Shown here: one piece after another, positions 30,278-41,251 of the stretch
Layout: every line of letters begins with the position of its first letter
How positions within the stretch are numbered: position 1 is the first letter of the stretch
Source of the DNA: Candidatus Poribacteria bacterium
GTDB lineage: Bacteria; Poribacteria; WGA-4E; JAJDTR01
Direction of reading: 5' to 3'
Assembly (NCBI GenBank): GCA_965222225.1
Contig: CBDCTK010000002.1
Span: 4,384,001-4,448,000 of the forward strand
DNA length: 64,000 nt
Made by a program: the position numbers and the translations under genes
The notes under the pieces: generated by a model
Databases searched by the model: none
Seen by the model: the letters and a program-made list of their open reading frames with translations, nothing else
Told to the model about the DNA's origin: nothing

Positions 30278-30313
30278 AAGATCTCTATCGCGCTCGCTAT
30301 CCACTCGTTTGAT
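30278..30313 (+). repeat. 36-bp dispersed hairpin unit
   Basis: AAGATCTCTATCGCGCTCGCTATCCACTCGTTTGAT between AACCTGTG and CCCCTCCGGGG. Confidence 0.85.
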
Positions 30314-30361
30314 CCCCTCCGGGGCTTATAAGGCTGGCGCAAAGGTTCATCCTGATTTGGG

Positions 30362-31345
30362 GTGAGGGTAATGGCTCTACCCGAAATGAATTTTCAAACA
30401 GACTCTAAACCAACCATGGATTGGACTACATTTGGCTGGGCGGGTATTAGGCTTGAGATTCCTTCCAACTGGGAGTTGAGCGGATTATCAGGAGATGACA
30501 AAGATGGATACTTACGGTTAGACGGCGAGGAGATGCCGCGTCTGGAGCTGAAGTGGGCGCAGTCGAAGAAGAAAAAACCGGACCTTGGCCGTGTTCTGGA
30601 TGAGTATTTCAAGCTAGTACGCAAGAATTACAAGCGTAAAGAGGCCAAGTTGCACATTCAGCGGAATGTGAACCTGGTTAATGATGAATCTGTGTTCGAA
30701 GGACGCGAGGTCGTCAGTTTTACGTGGAAAGGAGACATACGCGCAAACGGTATCATCTTCCACTGCCAAACGTGTAAGCGCATTACAATTGTGCAGATTA
30801 TGGGGCATCTCAAAGAGAATCTGCGCTCGACTACGGTGAGAGTTTTGCAGTCGGTGCAAGATCACCCAGCGACACAGAATGTGCTTTGGAGCGCTTATAA
30901 TCTGAATGTAGAGGTTCCGCGCCGGTATCGATTGGGGAAACATCAACTACTTTCCGGATATCTGCTTTTCTCATTTGCCGATGGGAGTCGCAAAATCAGC
31001 ATTGAACGGTATGGCGTGGCAGATGTGACCCTTAAAGACCAGGACCTAGAGTCGTGGTTCCGCCCTAAATATGCGAAAGCCATCCGTGGATACGGTTTTG
31101 AAATAACCTCACTGACGCATGACGGGGACGAACACCTTAGATTGATTGGCGAACAAACGCGCGTAACCGACCGCATTCCCTTCGCCCCTGTATTGGCGGT
31201 GGATAAGGTGATGCGCCGTCAAGTGTTCGCGGCGTATCTTTGGCGTTGTCATCTCTCAAATCGAATTTACGTTGTGCAGGCTATCGCCAAACGTGACGCA
31301 GCCAAGATTGGCGAGGATGTGGCGGGAAGCATAAAGTGTCATTAG
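30362..31345 (+). CDS. Hypothetical cytoplasmic protein with an apparent internal duplication
   Basis: FGWAGIRLEIPSNWEL / WSAYNLNVEVPRRYRL and HCQTCKRITIVQ / RCHLSNRIYVVQ. Confidence 0.75.
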   Translation: MRVMALPEMNFQTDSKPTMDWTTFGWAGIRLEIPSNWELSGLSGDDKDGYLRLDGEEMPRLELKWAQSKKKKPDLGRVLDEYFKLVRKNYKRKEAKLHIQRNVNLVNDESVFEGREVVSFTWKGDIRANGIIFHCQTCKRITIVQIMGHLKENLRSTTVRVLQSVQDHPATQNVLWSAYNLNVEVPRRYRLGKHQLLSGYLLFSFADGSRKISIERYGVADVTLKDQDLESWFRPKYAKAIRGYGFEITSLTHDGDEHLRLIGEQTRVTDRIPFAPVLAVDKVMRRQVFAAYLWRCHLSNRIYVVQAIAKRDAAKIGEDVAGSIKCH

Positions 31346-31347
31346 GG

Positions 31348-31383
31348 ATCAACTGAGTGAATAACGAAGGCGATAGAGATCCT
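31348..31383 (-). repeat. 36-bp dispersed hairpin unit (reverse), with further decayed left halves to about 31433
   Basis: ATCAACTGAGTGAATAACGAAGGCGATAGAGATCCT. Confidence 0.85.
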
Positions 31384-31494
31384 TTAGGGGGGCGATGGGA
31401 ATCCTCGTGCGAAAGAACACCAATAGAGATCCTAGGAATATAACAAATCTATCTATGTGCGAATATTCTCAGAAGGAATTCGGGTCTCCGAGGC

Positions 31495-31914
31495 ATGCTT
31501 AACGCAATTCTATATAAGCTGAGGCTAAAGAAGCGGCAGGATTCCGATTTTAATCGCCGGGATGTGCTGAAGGCTTTGCCGCTGCGGAATCAGCTCATCA
31601 AGTGGGAAGTTGATGACAAACAGGAGGTGTCACTGATAATACCTCAGAAACAGAGGTTTTGGGTTGGAATCGCCTCGAAACTCTTTACGCTGCCGGATAA
31701 GCGTGTGATAGTTCTTGACGATGTCGGATCTTATGTTTGGCTGCTCTGTGATGGACAGAATACCGTCGGTCACGTCGTGAAGCAACTTTGCAACCGCTAC
31801 CAGATGACACGCAAAGAGGCGGAGACATCCCTGTTCACCTATATGCGTCAATTGGGCAAACGCGGTATAATCGGATTTGCTGTACCGAAAGACATGAAGG
31901 GAGGAAAGAAATAG
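31495..31914 (+). CDS. PqqD-family (RRE-like) protein
   Basis: LDDVGSYVWLLCDGQNTVGHVVKQL...Y...EAETSLFTYMRQLGKRGII. Confidence 0.85.
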   Translation: MLNAILYKLRLKKRQDSDFNRRDVLKALPLRNQLIKWEVDDKQEVSLIIPQKQRFWVGIASKLFTLPDKRVIVLDDVGSYVWLLCDGQNTVGHVVKQLCNRYQMTRKEAETSLFTYMRQLGKRGIIGFAVPKDMKGGKK

Positions 31915-31917
31915 CGC

Positions 31918-32733
31918 ATGGCAGAAGTTCAAACATCTCAACCCCCCGGCGACTCTGTTCCACTTAAAGTTCCAACGCGATTTCGGCGAGATTTGCCGAA
32001 GGAAAACACAGTACGGGTGAGGAATCTTATCAAGAAGTATGAAATGGGCACGACAGTCGTCGAGGCATTGCGGGGCGCGAATTTTGAAATCGCCCGGGGC
32101 GAATACATCTCAATCATGGGACCATCGGGTTCCGGGAAGTCAACCCTTTTCAACATGATTGGCGGATTGGATAAGCCAACAGAGGGGCGGGTTTATATTG
32201 ACGAGGTCGACATCGCTCAATTGGATGCCTACGAATTGGCGTGGTTGCGGTGCCGAAAAATCGGGTACATTTTCCAGTCGTTCAACCTCATTCCAGTGAT
32301 GACCGCGCTTGAGAATGTATCCCTACCGATGATATTCGCGGGTATGTCGGCTGATGAAAGCCGCGGCAAGGCGGTCGACCTATTGACCCTCGTCGGTCTA
32401 GGCGAGCGTGTTCAGCATAAGCCACTAGAGCTGTCGGGAGGTCAACAGCAGCGTGTCGCCATTGCGCGCTCACTCGCGAACGATCCGGCTATCGTGTTGG
32501 CAGATGAACCAACAGGAAACTTGGACACCAGAACGGGGTTAGAGATTATTTCGCTGCTCAGGAAACTAAACGAGGACAACGGCGTGACAGTTATTACCGC
32601 CACACACGACACCAAGATGCTTGATGTTTCTGACCGGATCTTCCATATGACGGATGGGCGGGTGAGCAAGATTGAATCGCGAGATGAAATCGACCTGCAT
32701 GTCGGTAGGCTTGATGGAGAGGAAGTGGGTTAA
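31918..32733 (+). CDS. ABC transporter ATP-binding protein (LolD/MacB-like)
   Basis: GPSGSGKS, IGYIFQSFNL, LSGGQQQRVAIAR, LADEPTGNLD. Confidence 0.93.
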   Translation: MAEVQTSQPPGDSVPLKVPTRFRRDLPKENTVRVRNLIKKYEMGTTVVEALRGANFEIARGEYISIMGPSGSGKSTLFNMIGGLDKPTEGRVYIDEVDIAQLDAYELAWLRCRKIGYIFQSFNLIPVMTALENVSLPMIFAGMSADESRGKAVDLLTLVGLGERVQHKPLELSGGQQQRVAIARSLANDPAIVLADEPTGNLDTRTGLEIISLLRKLNEDNGVTVITATHDTKMLDVSDRIFHMTDGRVSKIESRDEIDLHVGRLDGEEVG

Positions 32734-33039
32734 TACAAGTTCGTAGTGCATGAGATAAGCACCGTGCTTTATAATAGTGCAACGATAGATGCGGTCATAT
32801 AGGCAGATTGGTCAAAGCAACCGAGTTTGTGTAAAGCCAAGGCGGGCCAACCCCGCCCCTACGGGTTTTGTTTGCGATTTGTACGTTTTTTTTGACATGT
32901 AGGCACACCTCAACCCGGTTCCCGTTGGCAGGGATTAACGAGGGGACTAAGCCCCCCTGGTCGGCATGCACCGGCATCCGTAGGGTTGGGTCTTCAGATC
33001 GGCTTGGTGCCTCAATGTCAACAGATCCAAACTAGTTAC

Positions 33040-33080
33040 AAAAAAAGGGAGTGAAGGCTATAGCCTTCACTCCCTTTTTT
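33040..33080. terminator. Bidirectional rho-independent terminator after groEL
   Basis: AAAAAAAGGGAGTGAAGGCTATAGCCTTCACTCCCTTTTTT. Confidence 0.9.
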
Positions 33081-33096
33081 GGGTTTGCTGAACGGT

Positions 33097-34743
<1,647 letters not shown>

Positions 34744-34750
34744 CTAAGAT

Positions 34751-35041
34751 TTAGGTAATTTTTGCCAAGATATCGTCTTCGCGCAGAATCAGATACTCAA
34801 GGTTGTCGTGAGTGGCTTCGGTGCCACCATACTTTCCGAACAGGATATTATCCCCAGCGGCGACATCCACAGCTTGACGCTCGCCATTGTCAAGCAGGCG
34901 ACCTTTGCCAACGGCGATAACTACGCCTTCCTGCGGCTTTTCTTTGGCGGTGTCGGGGATGATGATTCCGCCCCTAGTTTTCTGCTCATCTTCTTCAATA
35001 CGCTTAACGAGAATTCTATCTCCAAGCGGTACAAGTGCCAT
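34751..35041 (-). CDS. groS: Co-chaperonin GroES
   Basis: [27 protein letters not shown]. Confidence 0.97.
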   Translation of the reverse strand: MALVPLGDRILVKRIEEDEQKTRGGIIIPDTAKEKPQEGVVIAVGKGRLLDNGERQAVDVAAGDNILFGKYGGTEATHDNLEYLILREDDILAKIT

Positions 35042-35150
35042 TATAAGTATTCCTCCTTATAGGCATTTTTATGACACAGTTTCTGAAACTGTAGGATTAG
35101 GTTAAATCACCCTTGCTCCAAGGCAAGGGGTTTTAGTTCACCGATTTATT

Positions 35151-35167
35151 AGCAAGAGCCGTGCCAA
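35151..35167 (-). promoter_or_regulatory. sigma54 (-24/-12) promoter for groES-groEL
   Basis: Minus strand TTGGCACGGCTCTTGCT matches TGGCAC-N5-TTGCW. Confidence 0.8.
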
Positions 35168-35196
35168 TACAGGATGATTGATTTTGGTGAAGTGGG

Positions 35197-35302
35197 TGCC
35201 ATTTTGTCACGCCCCATGATGGTGTTAAAATGTCGTCATTGGCGCTTTAGGTCTGATGGGCGACATTATGTCGCCGTTGTTTGCATGAGTGACAAGATGA
35301 AC
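35197..35302. promoter_or_regulatory. Candidate upstream activator sites
   Basis: TGCCATTTTGTCA (35197), TGTTAAAATGTCG (35223), CGACATTATGTCG (35261), TGACAAGATGAAC (35290). Confidence 0.55.
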
Positions 35303-35326
35303 TTGGCATCCCATTCGATTTTACTA

Positions 35327-35355
35327 TTGAGTGTATCTCAATAAATTGGTATAAT
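35327..35355 (+). promoter_or_regulatory. sigma70-type promoter for the dsRBD gene
   Basis: TTGAGT-17 bp-TATAAT with TGn extension. Confidence 0.6.
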
Positions 35356-35446
35356 TATAATTGTCTCCTAACAACAGCCTATACTACCAGCTTATGGTCG
35401 GAATGGACTGAATCTTTCATCTTTCCAATCTCATCTTTAGTGTAAA

Positions 35447-36022
35447 ATGTCCGATAATACCACCAATTCAATCGTCGAAAATTATAAGGGCATACTGCAA
35501 GAATACTGTCATGTGAGGAATCTCGGTGATCCGTCGTACGAGGTTACGCAATTCGGAAGCCCGAACGAGCCGCGTTGGGGTGTGGAGGTCAAATACGGTC
35601 AAGCACGGCATAGTACGCCAGAACCGCTGTGCGGCTCCAAACGTCTCGCGGAGCAGATTGCGGCGAAGCAGGTGCTTGAGATTTTAGAATCACGTCAAGA
35701 GGCGTTCTTGGCGGGAAAGCCGCTAGAAAATAACTCGTCGGCTGCGGCAGCATTCAAGTCTGAGGCGCCCTCCATCCCGGTGGAGGAGGCGGATCTGCCT
35801 CCCATTGATGCGCCGGTTGAACTCGTTGCAACGGCGCTAAACGTGGCAAGTCAGCGTTTGGCTGGCAGTTCGCGACGCAGTGGAAAATACCGCGAATCCT
35901 CGGATTCAAAAAGAGATAATGAAATCTACGCTCGAAACTTGGCGGAACTAACGGTGCAAATCGTTCGGGAACTCATCACTGCTGCCGAATCAAATAACGT
36001 TAGATTTATATCCAAATCGTAG
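35447..36022 (+). CDS. Double-stranded RNA-binding motif (dsRBD) protein
   Basis: NYKGILQEYC...PSYEV...GSPNEP.W.VEV...GSKRLAEQIAAKQVL. Confidence 0.75.
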   Translation: MSDNTTNSIVENYKGILQEYCHVRNLGDPSYEVTQFGSPNEPRWGVEVKYGQARHSTPEPLCGSKRLAEQIAAKQVLEILESRQEAFLAGKPLENNSSAAAAFKSEAPSIPVEEADLPPIDAPVELVATALNVASQRLAGSSRRSGKYRESSDSKRDNEIYARNLAELTVQIVRELITAAESNNVRFISKS

Positions 36023-36028
36023 GGTGGG

Positions 36029-36134
36029 ATCAAAGGAATGAATAATGAACAGGATTTACTATCGCCTTGGGATCTCTATCGCGGTCGTTATTCACTCCCC
36101 TGATCTATCCGCTCAGTTGATCGATAAAGATCCT
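36029..36134. repeat. Three-level nested 36-bp units inside a GTAGGGTGGG..GCCCACC REP
   Basis: Outer reverse unit 36029-36134, middle forward unit 36051-36121, inner intact unit 36069-36104. An intact host REP lies at 44172-44192. Confidence 0.85.
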
Positions 36135-36247
36135 TGGCCCACCAGCCTTTCGGACTTCGTTGCCTTTGTAGGGTGCGCATCGCGCACCAGCCTTTTGTCC
36201 TCAATAATCCCTAATGGGCTAATCACCCTGTCCTCGATCCTCTCTTC

Positions 36248-36952
36248 ATGAACAACCCGACCCTCCCATCGGACCGAATCTCCAAGATAAAACATCGCTT
36301 GCGTCAATCTCGTTTTCTCTCAATCTTCATGGGGTGCCCCTACCCGGCGCCGCGCTGGGAGAAAGCCGTAAAGAAGGTCTTGCGCGATCTCGGTCAGGAA
36401 GCGAAAATCCTAGATCTCGGGTCGGGGCTTGATCGACGCACACCCAACACTATCAACCTCGAAATCGAAGCCACGCCGAATGTGGATGTCGTCGGCGACG
36501 GGCATTGCATTCCCTTCAAGGACGCGGTTTTCGACGCCGTCATCTCGGAAGCGGTTCTTGAGCATGTGCAAGATCCGAAACGGGTTGCCTCGGAAATGCA
36601 TCGCGTTCTGAAACCGGGCGGGTACGTTTGCGCCGCGGTGCCGTTCTTGCAAGGCTTCCACGCATCGCCGCACGATTATCAACGCTACACCGTTCCCGGA
36701 TTCAATCATCTTTTTTCGGCGTTTACGCGGATTGAGGGGGGAGCGTGTGCGGGACCGACGACGTCGTTGCACTGGATTTTCCGGGAGTATGTGGGGTTGC
36801 TCTTTTCCTTTGGAAATCTGCTTTTGGCAAAACTGATTTCGCTAGTCGTGGGGTGGATTACGTTTCCGGCGGTGTGGTTGGATTATCTTCTGATGCGAAA
36901 TAGACATGCGCATATTTTGGCGTCGGCGGTGTATTTTATTGGTAAGAAGTGA
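36248..36952 (+). CDS. Class I SAM-dependent methyltransferase (type 11-like)
   Basis: ILDLGSG, PFKDAVFDAV, VLEHV.DP, RVLKPGG. Confidence 0.9.
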   Translation: MNNPTLPSDRISKIKHRLRQSRFLSIFMGCPYPAPRWEKAVKKVLRDLGQEAKILDLGSGLDRRTPNTINLEIEATPNVDVVGDGHCIPFKDAVFDAVISEAVLEHVQDPKRVASEMHRVLKPGGYVCAAVPFLQGFHASPHDYQRYTVPGFNHLFSAFTRIEGGACAGPTTSLHWIFREYVGLLFSFGNLLLAKLISLVVGWITFPAVWLDYLLMRNRHAHILASAVYFIGKK

Positions 36953-36977
36953 GAGCGGTTAGGGCGATGGAAGAGAT

Positions 36978-37058
36978 TGTCTGAATCGCGGATTAAGGGG
37001 ATTACGCGGATTAGGGATCTCTATCGCACTCATTATCCATTCGCTTGATCGGATTAAA
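36978..37058 (+). repeat. (CGCGGATTA)n-type repeat carrying a 36-bp unit at 37014-37049
   Basis: Near-identical direct copy at about 41094-41173 and a related host near 43424-43460. Confidence 0.8.
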
Positions 37059-37104
37059 GACTAGTCCTACTTTGTAACGGGAATTTAACCTGTGAAATCC
37101 TTTA

Positions 37105-37307
37105 GAACCTGTTTGAAAAGTACAGTTTGTAGGGTGCGCACTGCGCACCAGCCTCTAAAAGCCCCAGAGGGGATCAGGCGAACGATCAACTGAGTGGATA
37201 ACGAAGGCGATAGAAGATCCCATAGTGAGTGCGATAGAGATCCCACAAGTATATGACAACTCAAATGTCAAAAAGTGGATTTACCACCTAATTATTCAAG
37301 CAAGTTC
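37105..37307. mobile_element. MITE (inverted homologue of 2227-2455) with a two-level nested 36-bp unit at 37173-37244
   Basis: GAACCTGTTTGAA...TTCAAGCAAGTTC ends; internal sequence matches the 2227 copy in reverse complement. Confidence 0.75.
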
Positions 37308-37368
37308 TAAGTTGGGTTTCACTGGGTTCCACCCAACCTACGGGCTACAAAAAACCGGAGAATAGAAC

Positions 37369-40300
37369 ATGGACGGACCAAAAAAGGCCATTGAAAAAGC
37401 CCTGCACGAATTCGCCAGCGGTGACCTTTCCGAGAACGCCAAGAAGTTGTTCAAAGAACTCGGCTACGAGAGCGAGAGGACGATGAACCTTGACCCCAAC
37501 ACCGCAGACAGCTTCCTTTCCGCCTTCAATCTCCAAGACAATCAAGGTTTCAACCCCGAACGAGCGCTGATCGCGAAATGGGAATCAATAGATCTTCTGT
37601 TTCAGTTAACGGAGGAGGAAATCGGTAACAATCCCAATCTTGAGATCGACTTCGGAGACGGCGGCATTGACGAGGCGCGCATGGAGTCGTACCTCTTTTT
37701 CGCCATTAAGCTAAGCGGTGACCATTACACGCGGACACAACTCTCCCAAATTACGCGCGAAATCAACAAACCTTTCGACATGCCCGCCATGATTCTCTTC
37801 CAACATGGCGGGGCACTCACCTTCGCAGTGATTGACCGGCGTCTCAACAAACTCGACGAATCTAAAGATGTTCTCCTAAAGACAACCCTCATCAAAGACA
37901 TCAACTTCGCCAATCCCCACCGCGCGCACATTGACATTTTGTCTGACCTCTCAATTGACGAACTATATGCGAAGCACGAGTTCAAAAATTTCCCGGAACT
38001 TCATGAAGCGTGGAGAGGGACACTAGATACCGAGGAACTCAATCGACAGTTTTACCAGAAATTGTTTAAATGGTTTGAGTGGGCAGTATGTGAGGCAAGA
38101 TTCCCGGAGAGTGAGAAACGCACTTTGAAACCGGAGGAACACGTTATTCGGTTAATCACGCGCTTGCTTTTCGTCTGGTTCATCAAGGAGAAAGGACTGG
38201 TTGCGGATGAGTTGTTCAACGACACGCAAGTCGCACGTTTGATGAAAGACTATGACCGTGACAGTGGGGATTCTTACTACCGTGCGGTGCTGCAGAACCT
38301 GTTCTTTGCCACGTTGAACACCGAGATTGAGGAGCGTCGGTTTAGCAGAATGACAAGGGACGACCATCGCAATTTCACACTGTATCGCTACAAAGATCAG
38401 ATAAGCAACCCTGATGCTTTACTGACACTCTTCTCCCAAACGCCATTCATCAACGGCGGGTTGTTCGATTGTCTTGATGACTACAAAGCAATACTAGCGG
38501 GCGGTTCCCGCATTGACTGTTTTTCGGATGAGCATTACTGGAAGTTAAGTGTTCCTAACAGTCTGTTCTTTAACGAGACTCGTGGTCTGTTCCCCCTTCT
38601 GACCCACTACAAGTTCACTGTAGAAGAAAACACGCCGATAGAGGAGGAGGTCGCGTTGGATCCTGAATTGCTCGGAAAGGTGTTTGAGAATCTGCTGGCG
38701 GCATATAATCCGCAAACCGGCACAACCGCGCGCAAACAGACTGGCTCCTACTACACGCCGCGCGTTATCGTGGACTACATGGTGGAGGAAGCGCTGGTAG
38801 CGGCGCTTGCAGAACGGGTGAAACCGACAGATGGAGATGCGGAGTTCTGGAGTGAGCGGTTGCATTATTTGCTGGACTACGCAATGGCATTCGATGATGC
38901 GAGCGAATGGTTCGATGACCGGGAATTAAACGACATTGTCCGGAAAATCTCAGATTTGAAGATTTTGGACCCGGCGGTGGGGTCCGGTGCCTTCCCGATG
39001 GGGATGCTGCACAAACTGACACTTGCACTACGCCGGCTCGACCCGGACAATATCCGGTGGGAGAAATTGCAGAAGGAACGCGCGGGGCAACGAGCGACGG
39101 CGGCTTTCGATACCTCAGACCAACAGGAACGGGATGCGGAATTGACAGAGATCAGCGACACTTTCGAGCGATACCGCGATTCGGATTTTGGTCGGAAGTT
39201 GTACCTGATTCAGAACAGCATCTTCGGTGTGGATATTCAATCCATCGCCTGCCAAATTTCCAAACTGCGTTTCTTTATCTCGCTTACAATTGAGCAGGAA
39301 CCGAATGATTTAGTGGACAACTTTGGTATCAAGCCCTTGCCAAATTTGGAGACGCGCTTTATTGCTGCGAACACGTTAATCGGCCTAAAAACAGAAATCC
39401 AGTTATTTCTGGAAAATGACACCGTTCAAAAAAAGCAATCCGAAATTCAGTTAATACGCGAAAAGTATTTCTTGGCAAGCACTCGAAAGGAAAAGCTCGG
39501 ACAAATTGACAAGGAAGATGAGTGTCGCAGAGAATTAGAACAGGCATTGAATAAACAGCAAGTTGCATGGGTCATGCAGCAGAAAAGACAGATAGAGCAC
39601 AAGGTTGCTCAGCTTCCAACTGAAGAACTTCGGAAGGCACTACGGGAAAAACTAGGACACGAATACAAGCGACTTGAGCGAGAACTGAACATTCGCTTTG
39701 AGGAGGCCCGCAAAATCGCCGGATGGGTGCCCTACGACCAGAATTCCTCTGCCGAGTTCTTTGATGCGGAAGGAATGTTTGGTGTTAAAGACGGTTTTGA
39801 TGTGGTGCTAGGGAATCCACCGTATATTCAGTTGCAGAAGGATGGTGGAAAATTAGGGCGTTTGTATGAACCATGCAAATTTGATAGTTTCACAAAAACA
39901 GGGGATATCTACTGTCTGTTCTATGAGAAAGCAATTCAATTGTCAAATGACGGTGGGCATGTCTTCTTTATTACTTCCAACAAATGGATGCGTGCAGGGT
40001 ACGGCAAAAAGCTACGAGATTATCTCATTAAACACACCCAACCGATTCAGCTGTTGGATATGGGCCGGATGTATTTGACGCCACAGTAGATGCCAATATC
40101 CTGCTTTTGCGAAATTCCGCACTTGATTTGCGCACGGCATTCAGAGCTTGTACCATGAAATCTGATTTCGACAAACAAGTAGGGAACATAGCCCGATACC
40201 TGAAGAACAATGGCGTGACCATGGAACTACCGCCCAACGGCGAACCGTGGACGATACTTTCACCGGCAAAACTTGCCCTGAAACGCAAAATAGAGGGTGT

Positions 40301-41099
40301 TGGAAAAGCACTCAAAGACTGGGATATAAACATCCATTATGGGATAAAAACAGGTTGCAATGAAGCATTCATCATAAATGAAGCAAAGCGTGAAGAACTG
40401 ATTGCACAGGACCCAAGGTCAGTCGAAATCATCAAGCCATTTCTGCGCGGCCGAGACATCAAACGCTATCATGTTCAATGGGCAGGCTTGTACATGTTGG
40501 CAACCCAATACAATCTGGATATTCCAAAAAAGTATCCCGCTATCTACAATCACCTCAAAACCGTAGGAGAACAGATAGAATCTGGAAGAATAAAGGCAAA
40601 AGGTAAAGGGTTATTCAATAGGGACGACCAAGGCGAGAACTGGTGGAATCTCAGAGCTTGTGCTTACTACGCCGAATTTGAAGAAGAGAAGGTTGTTTAT
40701 CCCGAAACAACTCTCGCTGCTAACTTTTTCTACGATGAAGAGCGACATTTCATAGAGAAAACCTGTTTTATGATAACTGGTAGCGATTTAAAAATCTTAG
40801 TGGGATTGTTGAGTTCCACGCTATTGACATTTGTATACAGACAATACTACGGTGGTACTGTGCTCGGCAATAAGGGATATCAATACAACAAACATGCCCT
40901 AGAAGAGCTCCCGGTTATTGAGATTTCTGCTACAGAACAGCGTTCTTTTATCTCTTTAGTCGATCAGATTCTCGACGCCAAACGTGCCGATTCGGACGCC
41001 GATGTATCCGAACTTGAAAGTGACATTGACCAGGTGGTATACTCGTTGTACAATCTGACTGCTGAAGAAATTGCTATTGTGGAGGAAAACACGGTCTGA
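37369..41099 (+). pseudogene. Type IIG (Eco57I-like) restriction-modification enzyme / N6-adenine MTase, split by a 1-bp frameshift near 40066 (ORFs 37369-40089 and 40107-41099)
   Basis: FINGGLF, LLGKVFENLL, TGSYYTP, ILDPAVGSGAF, GNPPY. Restoring one base in ATGGGCCGGATG gives MGPDVFDATVDANILLL running into the TaqI-like target-recognition ORF. Confidence 0.85.
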
Positions 41100-41129
41100 A
41101 TCACGGATTACACGGATTACGCGGATTAG

Positions 41130-41165
41130 GGGATCTCTATCGCACTCATTATCCATTCGCTTGAC
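41130..41165 (+). repeat. 36-bp dispersed hairpin unit
   Basis: GGGATCTCTATCGCACTCATTATCCATTCGCTTGAC, one base different from 37014-37049. Confidence 0.85.
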
Positions 41166-41251
41166 CGGATTAAACGCAAGGCACTCCGCAACCTGGATTC
41201 GATCCGTGAATCAGAAGATGCCCGATAATTTTCCATTGTGAAGAAAAGAGA

